Shown here one piece after another: positions 49,731-63,625 of a stretch of DNA of 64,000 nucleotides. The stretch's first letter is position 1, and the number at the start of each line of letters is the position of its first letter. The DNA is taken from assembly GCA_013265495.1 (NCBI GenBank), contig MU058337.1, positions 7,112,716 to 7,176,715 on the forward strand. The letters are read 5' to 3'. The stretch is from Vicugna vicugna (Eukaryota). Under the pieces are notes generated by a model that worked only from the letters and a program-made list of their open reading frames with translations, was not told the origin of the DNA and searched no databases. A program made the translations under genes and the position numbers.

Positions 49731-51477
49731 TGGGAATCCTTGGTTCTCTGGGTTCCCACCCTGTTGGCTGAGCGTTGGCTTGAAGCAGGACTGAGTCGTG
49801 CTGGTGATGGCAGGGCCGGCAGAGCCTCCATCCCTCTGGTGGGTGCTCAGGGGCTGTCTTAGCACTTATCTAGCCTCTGGCTGGCCAGATACCTCAGAGC
49901 TGCGGAGGGAGCCCTGGTCCAAGAGAAAGTGGGGCTGGCCCGTTGTGGCACTTCCTAACGTTCTGCCACTGTCCTCAAGCTTCAGTAAAGGCACAGGAGT
50001 GTAGCGGGTCCTCAACAGGCATGAAGGGTCAGCAAAACATCTAGAAAACAACTTAAACCTGCCTGCTTCAGAATAAACAGCTCTAGAAAGACCACAGAAG
50101 CAAAGAGCAGAGCTGCAAGAGACCAGTGGTCAGCCCAGCTTTTTTCTCCCTCAAGGATGGGAGAGAGGAGTCAGTGACCACCCCACCCCCCACCTCCAAC
50201 CCAAACTGTGCCATGGATGGTCCCTGGCTGTCACAATGTGGCCACATGGTGGAGAGAACCAGGTCTGACTTTGGCCCGCCTCCATTTGTATTCCTGTTCT
50301 GCCACTTGCTACCTCCCTGATCTTGCATCAGTGAGTTAAAGCATTGTGGCACTTGACTTCCTCAACCACTAGGCAGAAGTGTCCTTACCAACTTCAGTGG
50401 TTGCCCTGAGGTGTGTCAGAGCTCAGCTCCTGGTGTGCACAGTCACCTGGCTCTCAGTTAACTGTGCCACACTAAGTTGTGGATCTGAAGAAGCAGTACT
50501 GAGTGGGTCACACTTGGGACTTTCAGTGGTGGCTAACCGCTCATCCCAGAAAGATATTGCAGCTCACCTCTCCGGTGCAGGCTGTCAGTAGTGTGTGCTC
50601 AGCTTCGTGGGCAGACCCACTCCTGGGCTGGAGTTTAGTGTCCTGCCTCAAAGACCATTTGCTTGTCACTCTGTATAGCTCTCTAGGAGGTGCTCTGAAG
50701 GATTCATTTTGGTTTTCAGATACCAAATACCTGAATATTTTCTGGACCAAGTTAGAACTTCCCTAACACAGTTCCAATCAGGGTAGCTGTGATTATGGGT
50801 GAATGAGCACAAAGTTAGCTTTTGAAATGTAGTCACCAGTGAACTGGCTTTCTGCTTTACAGATTGGCCCTTAAGGGTTTTGGGGGAGTGTTTTTTTTTT
50901 CAACTGAGATTGGCAGATAATGTGAGTAGCCCTAAAAAGTTTATATTCAGACACCAGTTTTATGTGTACTCCAGTCCTAAATTTTCGATATCTGGATTTA
51001 GTTAGTAAGTGAAACAAATAATTAGGAAATGTCTCTCAATAAGAAAGCAGCAGTAACTTCCCTTCTTGAGAGCAGATCTTTGTTACTTAGATGATGCCAA
51101 GATTGTCTACGAGCCCCTCGTGACTGGAAGGGGCATGCTTGGAACCCTTGGTGAATCCAGCAGGAGGGAAAGAAGCAAGAAGAATTCTTAGAGAAACATT
51201 TGCCTTGAGCTGTCATCCTCCCACTGGGGAACTGCAACAGATTTTTCTAGAGGTTCTTTACTCACACTGGCAGGGCAGAAGTTATGACTAAATAGAAAAG
51301 TGAGGAGTGAGATGATGAGGACCATACCATTCAGGCTTGTTTTAGACTAAGTAACATTAGCGGCAAGAATCCAGAAGAAGAAACTGGATTAGAAAATTAT
51401 TCGGGGTGTGAGGATGCATCACTAAACCTGGCTGCAGCATCTGGTTAGAATCACACCTGCAAACCCTTCCCTCTAAT

Positions 51478-51792
51478 GAGGGGTCAGCAAACCTTTCTGC
51501 AAAAGGCCAAATGGTAGATATTTTTGGCTCTTGGAGGCCACACCTTCTCTGTGGCAACTATTCAACTTTGCTCTTATAACTTGAAATATGAAGCAAACGC
51601 GTGAATCTGTATTGCAATAAAACTTTATGGGCATGGAAATGTGAATTTTATATAATTTTCAGGGGTCCCAAAATAGTCTTTAAAAGTTGTTTTTCAATCA
51701 TTTAAAAATGTAGAGACCATCTTGGCTTGTGAGCTGTACAAAATCGGGTGTGGGCTGGATTCGGCACATGCAACGTAGCTGCTGATCGTTGC
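51478..51792 (+). mobile_element. MER58B-like hAT-Charlie MITE
   Basis: GGGGTCAGCAAACCTTTCTGCAAAAGGCCA...GCAATAAAACTTTAT...GGGCTGGATTCGGC. Confidence 0.78.
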
Positions 51793-52544
51793 TTTAAAGT
51801 GTGTGTGTTGATCAGGGCCGGGGTGCAGAGGAGCTCCGCTCCCAACCTGACTTGTGGAATTAGGTCCCGAATGGCAGCGAGCCTCAGGGACTGGACGGCC
51901 GCCTCTGAGGGATTTGGAGGGCTGGGATGGATGCTCTTGCTTAAGATTTCAAATATTTGGTCTCTTTCCTGTTATGCCACCCTACTCCCTCCCTGGTCCA
52001 GAGCTCAGCAAAGATCTATGCTAAAGTTGTTCTCACATATTCCTTCCCTCCCTTTGGTCCTGGAAAACCCTGATCTGTCCTTTAGCTCATATTTGACCCT
52101 GGAGGTTGAGGAAGCTTCAGGTTCTAGAAGCAAGCTCCTGCCTCCCTCTGCCAGGGCCCCCGGGCTGACTTGAGAGGTTCATTCAATTAGTGAAGGATGC
52201 TTTATTATATTCCTGCCTGCCTCCCCACGACTCTCAGCTCCCTGCAGACCTTTATGCAATTCAAGAGAGATTTTCAGTCAGTTTCCTGCCTGAGTGAAAA
52301 AGGAGGGACTGGCCTTGAAGGTACCTCAAACCTGGCCATTTAAAAGTCCTCCCACATTCTCTCCTCTTTCTAGAAGCTCTTGGGGTACACTTATGAACAG
52401 AACCAAAGAACCAGGGAGGCTGACATTCCTTCTGTAGGCTGTAAGTGTAGGGGAACTACAAGAAGGAAGAAACTTCTTCCTTCCAGGCGGCAAGAAGAGA
52501 GAGCTGCTGTCACTGGGTTCTTTCAGGCTGGCATGACTCGGAAT

Positions 52545-52735
52545 CAGTGGTTTTCAGACTTCAGCGTGCATCGGGATCTCCTGAGCGAGGGCTTATTCTA
52601 AAAGGCTGCCAGGCTGCAGCCCTAGAATCTGCCTCAGAGTTCTGGGATGGGGCTCAAGGATTTGCACTCACAAGTTCCCAGGCGTTGCGACTGCTGCTGT
52701 CCGTCCGGGGATCACACTCTGAGAACCACTGCCCT
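52545..52735 (-). mobile_element. MER5A
   Basis: CAGTGGTTTTCAGACTT...CACACTCTGAGAACCACTG. Confidence 0.75.
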
Positions 52736-54294
52736 GAGTGACCCTGAATGACAACTTTCTTCTTCTTGACCCTCACGCATGTCCAAGTGTTGCTACTGTG
52801 CCCCCACAAATGAGATCATGGCAAGAAGCTCTGGTGCAGTCTGACCCCTGGATGGTCCATGATGGCCAAATTTGGGGTAAATTAGTAGCTTAGAAGCTAG
52901 AATTTGAAAATTAGTTGCAACGTCTTAGGGGGTGATGATGGATGTGGTCCTAAATCATGTATTTTTGCAAGTTTTTTTTGTGTTTTGTTTTGTTTTGTTT
53001 TACCACATGAGGGTATAAAACAGTCCATCGTTGAAGAAACTCATATCCTCAGAGGCAGGAACACAGGCCCATAAACATTTTTCCACATTGAGTTAAAGTT
53101 GCGGTGAATAAAGTATTGGGAGACCGGTGAAAACAGCAGCTAATAATAGTGTCTTGTCAAAGCCGGGGGATTTGCCATCTGAATGGTAAAGTTTGACATA
53201 GCCCTTCCCACCTCTACAAAATGTCCTGAGTGGCATTATTCCATTTTTGGCTTACTTGGATTTTTGACTAATAATTTTTCCTGCTGCCCTTTGAGTTACT
53301 GAAAGATTGCCAACAGACAGGGACTATTCAGGCAGCTGGTGGAGCTGCCAGTCTGGTTCTCTAGGAAGCTGTCTGTTCTCCAGGGTCGAGCTGCTAATGA
53401 CCGAGGATGAATGGAACCATGGGCTGTGGACTCCCCAGCCCACTTTGTTCCCACTTCCCTGGGTGTTGGCAACTGTTAGACACAATTGCATCTTGATTCC
53501 ATCCCTGGCAGGAGAGAGAGGAGGTAGGTGTCCCAGGTGAGATGATAAGGAAGTAAAAACAAGGGTGGAATCTGAGAGACATTCCACGTTCCTCCAGGAT
53601 GATGGTGAAAGAATAAGGGTAGTATTATCAGGAGATGGGTGAGAACTCTTGACTCATAACTCTGGGATTGCAACATAAAGAACCAGGGAATCACTGTCTT
53701 GTAACTTTGCCCCTGGGTTTCAGAGGTCAGAAATATGTCACTGAGGAAACAGCACAGTGGGGTCAGCTTATGGGGTTGACGTGAATGGGGCTGTGAGATG
53801 GGCCGGGCTCTGCCTCTGCTGCCGCCGAGATTTGGTGCAGGAGCTGCCGTCCTCAGCAGGCAGTGCAGAATTACAGGGCGGTCTTAGCAGGTAGAAGGGG
53901 CCACAGCCAAGGGAAAGGGATAGGATCTTCCACAGACTCTCCTAAAGAAGGAGGAATGTCAAGTTCCTCTGAGATTGGAGACCAGCCATGGCTTCTCACT
54001 GGGAAGCTGACAGGAGCCTCTTATTAGACAGATTCCGAGGCATTAGGTGGAGATGGATGAAACTGAACAGTTGCACATGAGGAAAACTTGGTTCGAGGAT
54101 CAGGCTCAAGACTAGAAAATTCATGAAACGTAAGAAGACCTATTAAAAGTTCTCAGACAGAGCATTTAAAATGTCTACCATCTGTATAGTTTTATTGTAA
54201 TCTCTATTAGGATGTATCAGGCAGTACATCTGAGATATTCTTGGATTAACAAACATTTTTCTCGTTTAGTCAAAACACATATGCACTCTCACAT

Positions 54295-54757
54295 GATATA
54301 TTTGTTTCCTGGGGCTGGTATGACAAAAGTATCACAAACTGAGGTGTTTAAAACAACAGAAATTTATTCTCTCACAGTTATGGAGGCTGGAAGTCCAAAC
54401 TCCAAGTGTTAGCAGGGCTGTGCTCTCTGAAGGCTTTAGGGGAGAGTCTGTTCTGTGTTCTTCTCTTAGCTTGTGGTGTTGCCAGTGAGCCCTGGCATGC
54501 ATTGGCTTGTAGACGCATCGCTCCAGTCTCTGCCTCCATCATAACATGGCCATCAACTCCCCTCTGTGCCTGTCTGTCTTCATGTGGCTGTCTTCTTATC
54601 AGGACACCAGTCATAACTAAGCACCCACCCTACTCCAGTGTGACTTCATCTTCACTCATTACATCTGCAATGAACGACCCCATTTCCAAATAAGGTTGCA
54701 TCCTGAGACTCTGAGACAAGGACAGTAATTTTGGGGGGACACTTCAACACAGTAACA
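54295..54757 (-). mobile_element. MLT1B/C solo LTR
   Basis: TTAAAACAACAGAAATTTATTCTCTCACAGTTATGGAGGCTGGAAGTCC...CCATTTCCAAATAAGGTTGCATCCTGAG. Confidence 0.82.
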
Positions 54758-55709
54758 TGGTTATAGAAAATATTCTCTCTGAAATATGTATATCGTTTAT
54801 CCATAACTTTAGCTTGGAAATATTCTTAGTGTGCAAAGATGACTCCATTGTGGCCGACATCCTCAGCTTAGGTGCTACGTTTAGTCACTAGTGTCTTCAC
54901 CCAGCAACACAGATGGATTTTCTGGTCGTAGCTCTAATCGGTTCTAAACAGCAATCTATTTAATAACAGAAGCAGTATGTAAACGCATCCCCCATTTATA
55001 ATATTAGATGAATCAGAAATGTTCACAATGATGTCATAGACATGGGTAATTTACCCCAAAGTAATTTTTAAAATAGGGTTCATACTCTGTTTATACTGTA
55101 TTATGGATCTGTGGATAAAGTTTCCAGGCAATCTTTAACAACGAATAGTGTTTAACTTTTTATTTATTTTTTTTATAGCTGCCTCATCTATGTGTGTTCA
55201 TTCTAAAATTACAAAGACTGGAAAAAAATAAGTCACGTAACACTTCTGTGGAGAGTTGTTAGGTAATATCTGACAAATTTCAAAACACACATAATATTTT
55301 ACCAGCATTTTACTCCTAGAAATTTCTTATAGATATTCCCATATATTTTCGTGATACAGCCTATCAACAGAGGAACACAGCTACGTTCTGCACATACTTT
55401 TGCAGCCTGATCAGAAAGTAACGCTTCTAGTCATGATTTAGCATCTAAGAGTGAAAAAACATTTCTGTCTAAAAGTTGTGGTCTCTAACTTAATTGCCTC
55501 TAAACAAACTCCCCAAAAGACCAGGAGATTGTTTTTTTGTTGTTGTTTTGTTTTCTAATTTAGTAACACTTATGTGCCTTTGGCATTGTTTTATTTTATT
55601 TTTTTTAAGTCCATGATTTTAGACAGTCATAGGTAGAAGACTTTTTAAAAGGTAGTAGGCTATCTGTAACCAAAGGCCGTAGGCTGTGCATTACAAATGC
55701 TCTCTGACT

Positions 55710-56172
55710 GTTAGGCATTTAATTGCATCAGCCCTGAATTCATATATTGAAGTCCTAACCCCCAGGGCCTCAGAATGTGACCTGATGTGGAAATAGAGTC
55801 ATTATAGATGGAATCCGTTCAGATGAGATCAGGCTGGAGGAGATGGGCCCCTAATCCAATATGACTGGTGTCCTTAGGGGAAGGGGAGATTTAGACCCAG
55901 GCATGCACACAGGGAGAAGACCATGTGACGATAAAGGAAGAGATCAGGTGATGCTTCTACAAGTCAAGGAATGCCAGAGGTGGCCAGCAAGCCACCAGAA
56001 GCTGGGGAAGAAGCCCGGAACAGATTCTCCCTCCCAGCCTCAGAAGGAATCAGCTCTGCCCACACCTTGATCTTGGACCTCTAGCCTCGAGAACTGCAAG
56101 ACGATAAGTTTCCATTGTTTTAAGGCACTCTGCTCATGGTACATTGTTAAGGCAGCCCCAGAAAACGAATGT
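55710..56172 (+). mobile_element. MLT1B/C solo LTR
   Basis: ATTCATATATTGAAGTCCTAACCCCCAG...CACCTTGATCTTGGACCTCTAGCCTCGAGAACTG...GGCAGCCCCAGAAAACGAAT. Confidence 0.82.
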
Positions 56173-58029
56173 GCTGACCAAGGGCTGCTCCCCACAGCCC
56201 TGACTGGTGGACGCCCTGCTGAGGGAGGGAGAGGATGGCTTTCAGAAAGATGAAGGCCCGGCTGCTGGATGGTTACAGATGCAACAAGGCAGCTCACTGC
56301 TCACACAGGCAGCGGAGGAAGACTAGCCAAATGAGCCAGCTCCGGCCTCCCTGTCCCCACTAAAGGGCGACCCAGAAACGACAGGGGCTGATGACGGCCA
56401 CACACATCCTGAGATACCTGGTGGCTGAGGAGCCAGGGGCAGATGCAGCCTAATGGTTTCACATTCCGCATCTAAGCCCCTTGCCTGGACAGCTGGGCTC
56501 GCTCCTTCGCCTTCCTGGCCTGCGTGGATACAAGGTCACCAGCGCCTCAGGCTGAGCTGCTCCCCGCCCCCACATCATGCCAGAGTCGCTTCATAAAACT
56601 TGTACTGTCCCATTAGCACTGGCTTCCCCCTATTTCTAAGGTAGCCCCGTGTTACTAGGGTTGGGTTGACGTTTCTAGTTCTCAAAGGCCTGATATCTCG
56701 TCTGCTTTTAGCAGCAGTGCAGGCAGGACATCCAGGAGCTTGATTAAAGTGACTTTAGAAAACCATACATCACTAGGTTCTACGATTATGTAGCTCTTTG
56801 TCCATGTATCAGAGGAAAAATAGATTCGGTCTTAGTAGAGAAGAAGGTAATTGTGGAAAGGAGGCTGTTCCCATAAAAACAAGTTAAGGTGGGCAGGGCC
56901 ACTGCTCAGAGCTGTGCAGTCCGCAGGAGGCCCCAGCAGGAGGCCCCAAGGCTGGAATGCACCTGTGCCGTTTCGGAGCCGTATACACGCCCAGGACCAC
57001 GTTTTCTTGTAAAAGCCAAGCCCCTGTCTGCTGGCAAGCCATGCCTCCCAGGGATGTATCCTGCCCAAAACATCACAATCTTCTAAAGCGCACAAGGGTG
57101 TCCTGTGGATGAGCCAGACCCTGAGGTGGGAAATGCGTCACAACATTCAGGGAAGGAAAAAAATCCAGTCAGACAAGACACAGCCTCAAGATGAGCCACT
57201 CCAGACACAAGGGCCTTGGATTACAGGCACAGAACCTTTTCCAAAAAAAACCCTGACTTCTACTGAAAAAGCTCATAGAAGGAAAGAAAAGCCCTTTCAC
57301 TTCTTGATCAAAGCTGATCAATTTCAGGGGGTGAAAAAAAATCAAAGTAAGTGAGTAACACCAGACACTCTGCCCTTTCCCTGGTGCCTCCAGGCCAGCT
57401 CAGCTCTGGTTCATCTGCTAGACTCTGTTTGAAGTGGCACATGCTTTATTTTCTCAAAAAAAAAAAAAAAAAGGATCACATGATACGTGAGGTCTGTAAC
57501 ATTTTCCTGAAGTCAGAACAGCTGGCTGTGTCCCACACAGTTGTAAAGATGCTCAAGAGATCTAAGCCGGGGAGGACAGTGGGGAAGCCAAGGGGGCAGT
57601 GAGGTGCTAACTGCCCTAATGCTGTAAGGAGCCACGAAGGAGGCTGGAGGAAGGGAGAAGGAGCCCCGCTCCACTGTTGGGGTGGAGGCTGATAGAAGTC
57701 AGAGACCTCATCTTGCAGGCAGCAGAGCCAATGAGGTTTGAGGGCAGTCCTGAGAGGCTCCATCGGGGTTCTCTCTGGTCTTTGGGTGGGGAGGGGGGAA
57801 TGGGAAGGTGAGGCAAGGCGTCTGCTTGTCATTGTCATCCTGGTGAACAGAGGACAGGAGCTCAGAAAGCAGGAATGGAGAGTGGAGGCTGGAATTGTGC
57901 GGCAGGAGCTGATCACCTGGAGGGGAGCACGGCTCAGCGCACATGTACACGGTCCCCACCGCTCTGGAGCTGAGAAAGGCTCCCAAACTCAGGGTTTGGG
58001 ATATATCCCAGGGACACCTGGGCAGGCAT

Positions 58030-58172
58030 GACATTGCACAGAGAGCCACCCCGCCCTGGGAGTTTCTGATTTCAGTGGGTCTGAGAGGGACCTGAGAGTT
58101 TGTATTTCTGATGAGTTCCCAAGTGCTGCTGCTGCTGCAGGTCCAGGGACCATACTTTGAGAACCATTGTGC
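58030..58172 (-). mobile_element. MER5A, partial
   Basis: GAGTTTCTGATTTCAGTGGGTCTG...GGTCCAGGGACCATACTTTGAGAACCATTG. Confidence 0.75.
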
Positions 58173-59210
58173 TGGGGGATTTTTAAATGTGCCTTTAATC
58201 CCTGCAGCCACTCCCATAGTCACACACTCTGCTGTTGCCCCTTTGAAAACAGCTTGATTGAAAAATCAGTGCCTGCCACTGTGGCTTGTGTTTGAGAAGC
58301 CTGGCTTTGCTCTGTCCACAACTTCCTCATCCCATGGCCCAGTTCCCCAGGGTGACATCATAAGGACCTTCTGCTTTTGGTCAATGAGAGAGCAACCATG
58401 GAGGGGATGGCTTCTTTCTTTGAGGGCTACCTCTCACCCCTGCTAGGGCTCCCCATGGAAAATTCTTGTCCATATTTTAATTTTAAATCAGTCCATCCCA
58501 GACGTCCAGCCACACTGCCCAGATGTCTTCAGGGGAGGCAGTAAATAACAAAACCTCATTTTATTAATGTAGATTTGATCTTATTAACCAACTTGCAAAG
58601 AAGGTGTTAGTATTTCTGGATGAAGGGAGGGAGATACGGTGGTTGAGTACTTTGAGCAAAGCCTCATGACTGGGAAGATTGTCTCCAAGCTGATTCCAGA
58701 GTCCCGTGTCCTTCCACGTCCTAGATGCAGGGACAGTACTGTCAGAGGAGTTCTTGCCTTAACTCAGAAACAACTTCTGCTAAGGTAGGCTAATGTATCC
58801 TAGCAGGACCACTGCGTTCCCTGGGATCTCACGCGACCTATTTTATGAGGCACGTGCACAGCCTAAAAGAACACAATCAACAGAATTTATGTTACTCCTG
58901 GTTCATGAAACCATTTTCAGACCCCTTTCGTCCTTGCAGCAACCCTGTAAGGCAGCATCACCACTTTAGAGATGGGTGATGAGGAGTCAGTACCTGCGAA
59001 AGTTAGCAAAGCGAGTACCGATCTGCCAAATCCCATCAAAAAGGCAGGTGCCAGGTATGGACTCCTAAGCCCCCAGATAGAAAATGTAGCTTAGAAAAAA
59101 AATGAAACAAAGGACATTTTGCCAACAAATAAAACTTGCTGGGAAGTTTGAGTCTTAGTTCTATGTAAATTGTGATAAAACTTACATCTGTGGAGCTTGA
59201 GACAAACCTA

Positions 59211-59685
59211 TGTGTATTCATTTCCTGTCGCTGCTGTAACAAATCGCTATAAACTTAGTCACTTAAAACAACACAGCATTGTTTTCTCACAGTTCTGGAG
59301 GTCAGAAGTCTGACATGGAGTTCACTGGGCCAAAATCAAGATGTTGGCAGGGCCAGTTCCTTCTGGAGGCTCTCGGGAGAGAATCCATCTCCCTGACCTT
59401 TCAACTTCTAGAAGCTGCCACATTCCCTAGCTCGTGGTGGCCTTCCAGCAGTTGCCACCACTCCAGCCTCTGCTTCCTTCTTCTCATCTCCTCCTTTGAC
59501 TCTTTTAAAGACCCTTTTGACTATACTGGGATACACTGAGATAATCCAATATAAATGCCCCATTTCAAGGTCTTTGACTGAATCACTCCTGCAAAGTTCC
59601 TTTTGCCATGGAGGGTAACACAGCCAGAAACCCCAGGGGTTAGGACGTGAGCATCTTCAAGGACCCCTGTTCTGCCTTCCACACC
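59211..59685 (-). mobile_element. MLT1 solo LTR
   Basis: TGTATTCATTTCCTGTCGCTGCTGTAACAAATC...CTCACAGTTCTGGAGGTCAGAAGTCTGA...TGCAAAGTTCCTTTTGCCATG. Confidence 0.82.
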
Positions 59686-62600
59686 ATGCGACCTCAGAAA
59701 TGCCAGCCCTAACATACCACGCATTATTTAAATCTTTCCATCAATTTCCGTCTTGGCGATGATAGGGAACAATTTTCTCTCTGCCTCCAGGTGAGAGCAT
59801 CTCTCTTAGATTCAGCAAGATGCTTCATTTCTTTCCTTCCCAAGGCTAAGTCCTTGAAATGCACTCTTTACACCCATCATGTTGCTGAGGGAGTTTTTCA
59901 TTTCTAGGTAATAAAACATTAAGGTTAGGGTTTCCATCCCTAAATGATTAAAAACATGGAATGTGCTTTATTAAATAGTTGGAAATATTCACCTTAATGG
60001 AGAGATTCCATCAACTAGTGTGTCTTTGTTGGTTTTTCCTGCTGTCCCCACAAATCAGTAATCATAGAAGTTTCTAATGTATACTTTTTTTTTTGCTAAA
60101 TTCTTTAGACAAAAGCACTGCTAGGCTTATTATAACAGTAAGATCCATCCTTGATTTCGAGATTACTGTCTGCCTGGTACTGGCTAAGCTGTTTTACTCT
60201 GCTCAGTAGTTAAATCCAAGTGACCCATGAATGATGCTGGACATGGTGGACCACTCAAAAATGCTGATCAGATTTACAATTCCGGTGCCAAGGACAGACA
60301 CAGTTGTACCAAAGTAAACAGAATCTGGTGACAGTGCAGTTTGTGTTCAGACTTAAGGCTCAGTGTAAACGCTGCTTCCAGACTCGAGCTTTCTCGGATA
60401 ACAACCCACACACAGGTATATTATGATAAGAAATGCTAACCACATTGGTACATCTGGTAAGTAGCTTTGAATTCTATAAAAGAACTTAGCAACCTCTGCC
60501 CCACAGCAATAAAAGTAGTCCTTTGGAATGCACAACTTTCAGAAAATAAAAAGCTTTCTGAGTGATGACTGGGCACTGTCTCAGACTTTCACCTGAGTAA
60601 GTTTAGGAATTTCATTTTTCCATAACGTAGATCTGGGTGTGATGGCTGTTGTAACAAGAATCTAAGTTCTCTTTTCTGTAACCCCATTTATGTTTGAAGC
60701 AAACAAAACCTTTGCCATTATTATTTAGCAAATAATTGGTGCAAAATAATATTTACTAAAAACAACTACAAGTGCTACCCTGGCCAGGCAAAGTGTTTCC
60801 CTGCAAACCAAAATCCTGAGAAATGTGTGAAAAGAGGGATTGCAGTGAGATCCAGGTGGTCTCAGTCGAGTCTGGGTTTCCTTACCTTCTTCCTGCTTTT
60901 CTCTAGAAGGCTATTGCAGGAACCAACCTGAGCCCTTGTGTAGGCATCACCTTTGCTTTGTCTGGTCTTTGGGTAAGGCCATGCTCTCTGAAGTCTGAGT
61001 AGGCAGAGCATCATACAGTCCCACTGAGTCCTCAGGAAGATGAAGCAAAGAAATAGACTTCGAATATTGCCAACAGGCTCATCATGTAGAGCTTTACAAA
61101 ATCATGTTCCTGGCGGGTCCTTCAATATCACCACATTGTGGTCCTCTCCCTAGTCTGATGAAGAAACATGGAAGCAGGTAGAGTCTGGTGATGAAACATG
61201 ACCTGTGCATTCACCAGGCTCCCATCAGGAAACACGTGGCTTACTCAGCATAGGGACGTTTATTCACAGAAAGACATTTAGACAAGGATGGGGTTCGGGC
61301 ATGTAAGTAACTGTGCAGGTGCCTGGAGTAGTGGCCTTACTGTCACCACCTGTTGGAAGGGGTACCAAACAGAGATGGAAATTCTGAGGTAGCAGCATCT
61401 CCCACTGAAGGATGGATCACACCCTGGGCCCTCACCTCTGGAACTCTTGCAGCAATCCTAGAGGTGGGTGGCGTTATTTTCATGGGATAGGTGGGCTGTC
61501 CAAAGGGATGGTGGGCTTGCTCAAGGTCACAGGGATCCGTAACAGGGCTGAGATCCCATTGCATGTCTGACCCCATACCTGAATTCTTCACATGTAGCCC
61601 CTGAGAGCAGCCCCTGCCCGTGAGGAAGTCTAACTGGGGAGAAAACCAGTCAATTAGTGGTGAGGAGTCTCCTTCCAGAACTTCACATGACAGGAACAGT
61701 TGGGTATCGGAGCCCTGTGAGACCAAGACAGTTTATTTCCCACCTTAGGACAAGGACTGAAATAGCATCACTGCTTTTAAGTGGGTAAAAGTGGGAGACG
61801 GCCTGGTTGTGAGGCCGTGGGGCCGTGCTGAGCGGGGGAAGCGCAGATACCCACAGCACACGTGACCGGACTCAGGAAGGCAGGCCCGGACCCACGAGGT
61901 GAGAGGGAGGCCTGGAGGACCACGTGGTGCTCGGGCAGAGTTGTGATTTTGTTTCTTGTGGGATGGGGCCCCAGGCTTGCACATAATGAAATTACAAGGT
62001 GGCAAGTCTGAAAGGAAGGGCCCGAATGGGGAAGACGTGAGAGCTGGAGGTGGAGACTCCAGAGTGCAATCCAGCTTCTGTTTTCAGGTCCCACCCTAGA
62101 CAGCTGGCACAGAAGTCTCCCTCTGGGGCTCAGGGCCAGAGAAGTGATAAAACTTACTTGCAAAGAGCAGTCAGACAACTTGATATCATAGCCCGCGTGT
62201 GGGTCTCAGAGCGGGGTCCCTGGACCACCTTGGAACTTAGTCATGCAAACTCCACAGGCCGTACTGGGCCTACAGAGTCAGCAACTCTGGGCGTGCGGTC
62301 CAGAAAGCTGCTCTCCCAAGCCCTCGGGGTGGTTGTGAGGCTCACTCCTGTTTGAGAATCACCACTACAGGGTCACTGACCACAGAGAACTCTAGGCTGT
62401 GGTTACTGGGGCCGGAGAGGGGCGGGAGAGGGAGGGAAAGGGACATATGAAACAGCACATGACAGACCCGGATAAATACAGGGCAAGGTGCTGGTACCGG
62501 GAAGAGCTCGAGGAGATGTTAAAATGCAGACGAGACTATTGGTCAGCTCTGGTCCAAATTCCGGGGAGACAGGCTGAAGCCAAGAAGATGAAGGGTACGC

Positions 62601-63426
62601 TTATGATTTAGAAGGTGCTCAGTGGCACTTGGTTTACAACCACTCACTTGGATTCTCACCCATTTTCTTCTTTCTCTTCGAAGTCATCCGTCTGACATCA
62701 AGCCCCCTCTGCGGGCAGGTGCCAGGAAAGACGCAGGGGTGTGGGGATGGAGACCGCGGGGTTTGTCTGGGAAGGGGAGGCAGAAATAGAAACTTGCTAT
62801 TACCGCCGTCTGGTAACATAGGGAGGTCGGAGGAGCCTTCATGAAGGAAGAGGGCACATTAAAAGGGGACTCCTGTCAAAGGACTTGCTGTCTTGTGTTA
62901 AGGACTTTGGGTGGGTTGGGGGATCCTGGGAGCCCTGTGTGGTTGGGGCAGCCGGGGCTGGAAGGAAAGTAGCCCAGGGAACAGGAGCAATGGTGGAATC
63001 CTCCCTCCGTGTTGGGCACCGTGAAGTGTTCGGTGTTTCTGTTCTTTAACCTTCACCCAAACCCCTCTGACCTTGCGAGATAGTAAAGGACGTGATAAAC
63101 GTTTGGATTTTATCCTGTGGACAATGGACAGGCTTTGAAGTGTTCAAGGAGGAAGTGATTTTGGTAGATTCTCTGAACCTCTGGTTCTCAATTCTGACAA
63201 CTTGAGACAGTGGCCCAAGGGGCTAATTAAAAGAAAATGCAGCCTGCAGCTGTACTCCGGATAAAGGACCCGGGCCTCGGACCGGAATCACGGGCAGGGC
63301 TGGAGCCATCTGGATGACATATCTGACTGCCAGGGAAAGTCAGAGGGTCTGAGTTTAGACTCAGCAAAAAAAGAAAAACATTTTAATTGCTTGACTTTAA
63401 CAGTGGGATTTTTGTTTTTCTTTCAG

Positions 63427-63443
63427 GAACATCCAAATCGCGG
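63427..63443 (+). CDS. SLC15A1: SLC15A1 exon 2 (17 nt), completing MGTSKSR
   Basis: tttttctttcAG|GAACATCCAAATCGCGG|GTacgt; joins exon 1 in frame; resembles the recalled PEPT1 N-terminus MGMSKS(H/R). Confidence 0.88.
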
Positions 63444-63625
63444 GTACGTATCCTTTTTATTTCTCCATGTGGCTTCATGATGTGAACTCCATTGTCTGTT
63501 TTGCTACTAAGTGTTCACAGCTGTGCTTTATTCGCTTAACAAATGCATCTTGTGCAGCTGACGTCAATGAGGGGCACTCCTGAGTTTCTGGGTAACATTT
63601 CTTCTCTTTAGGACATGCTGAGTGC

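Noticed and set aside
49300..49865. Several overlapping 75-154 aa ORFs on both strands
   Set aside because: Expected from stop-codon scarcity in a GC-rich CpG island; low-complexity Pro/Arg/Ala translations
57476..58223. 146- and 171-aa minus-strand ORFs
   Set aside because: Partly MER5A-derived, with no family resemblance and no supporting splice or promoter structure
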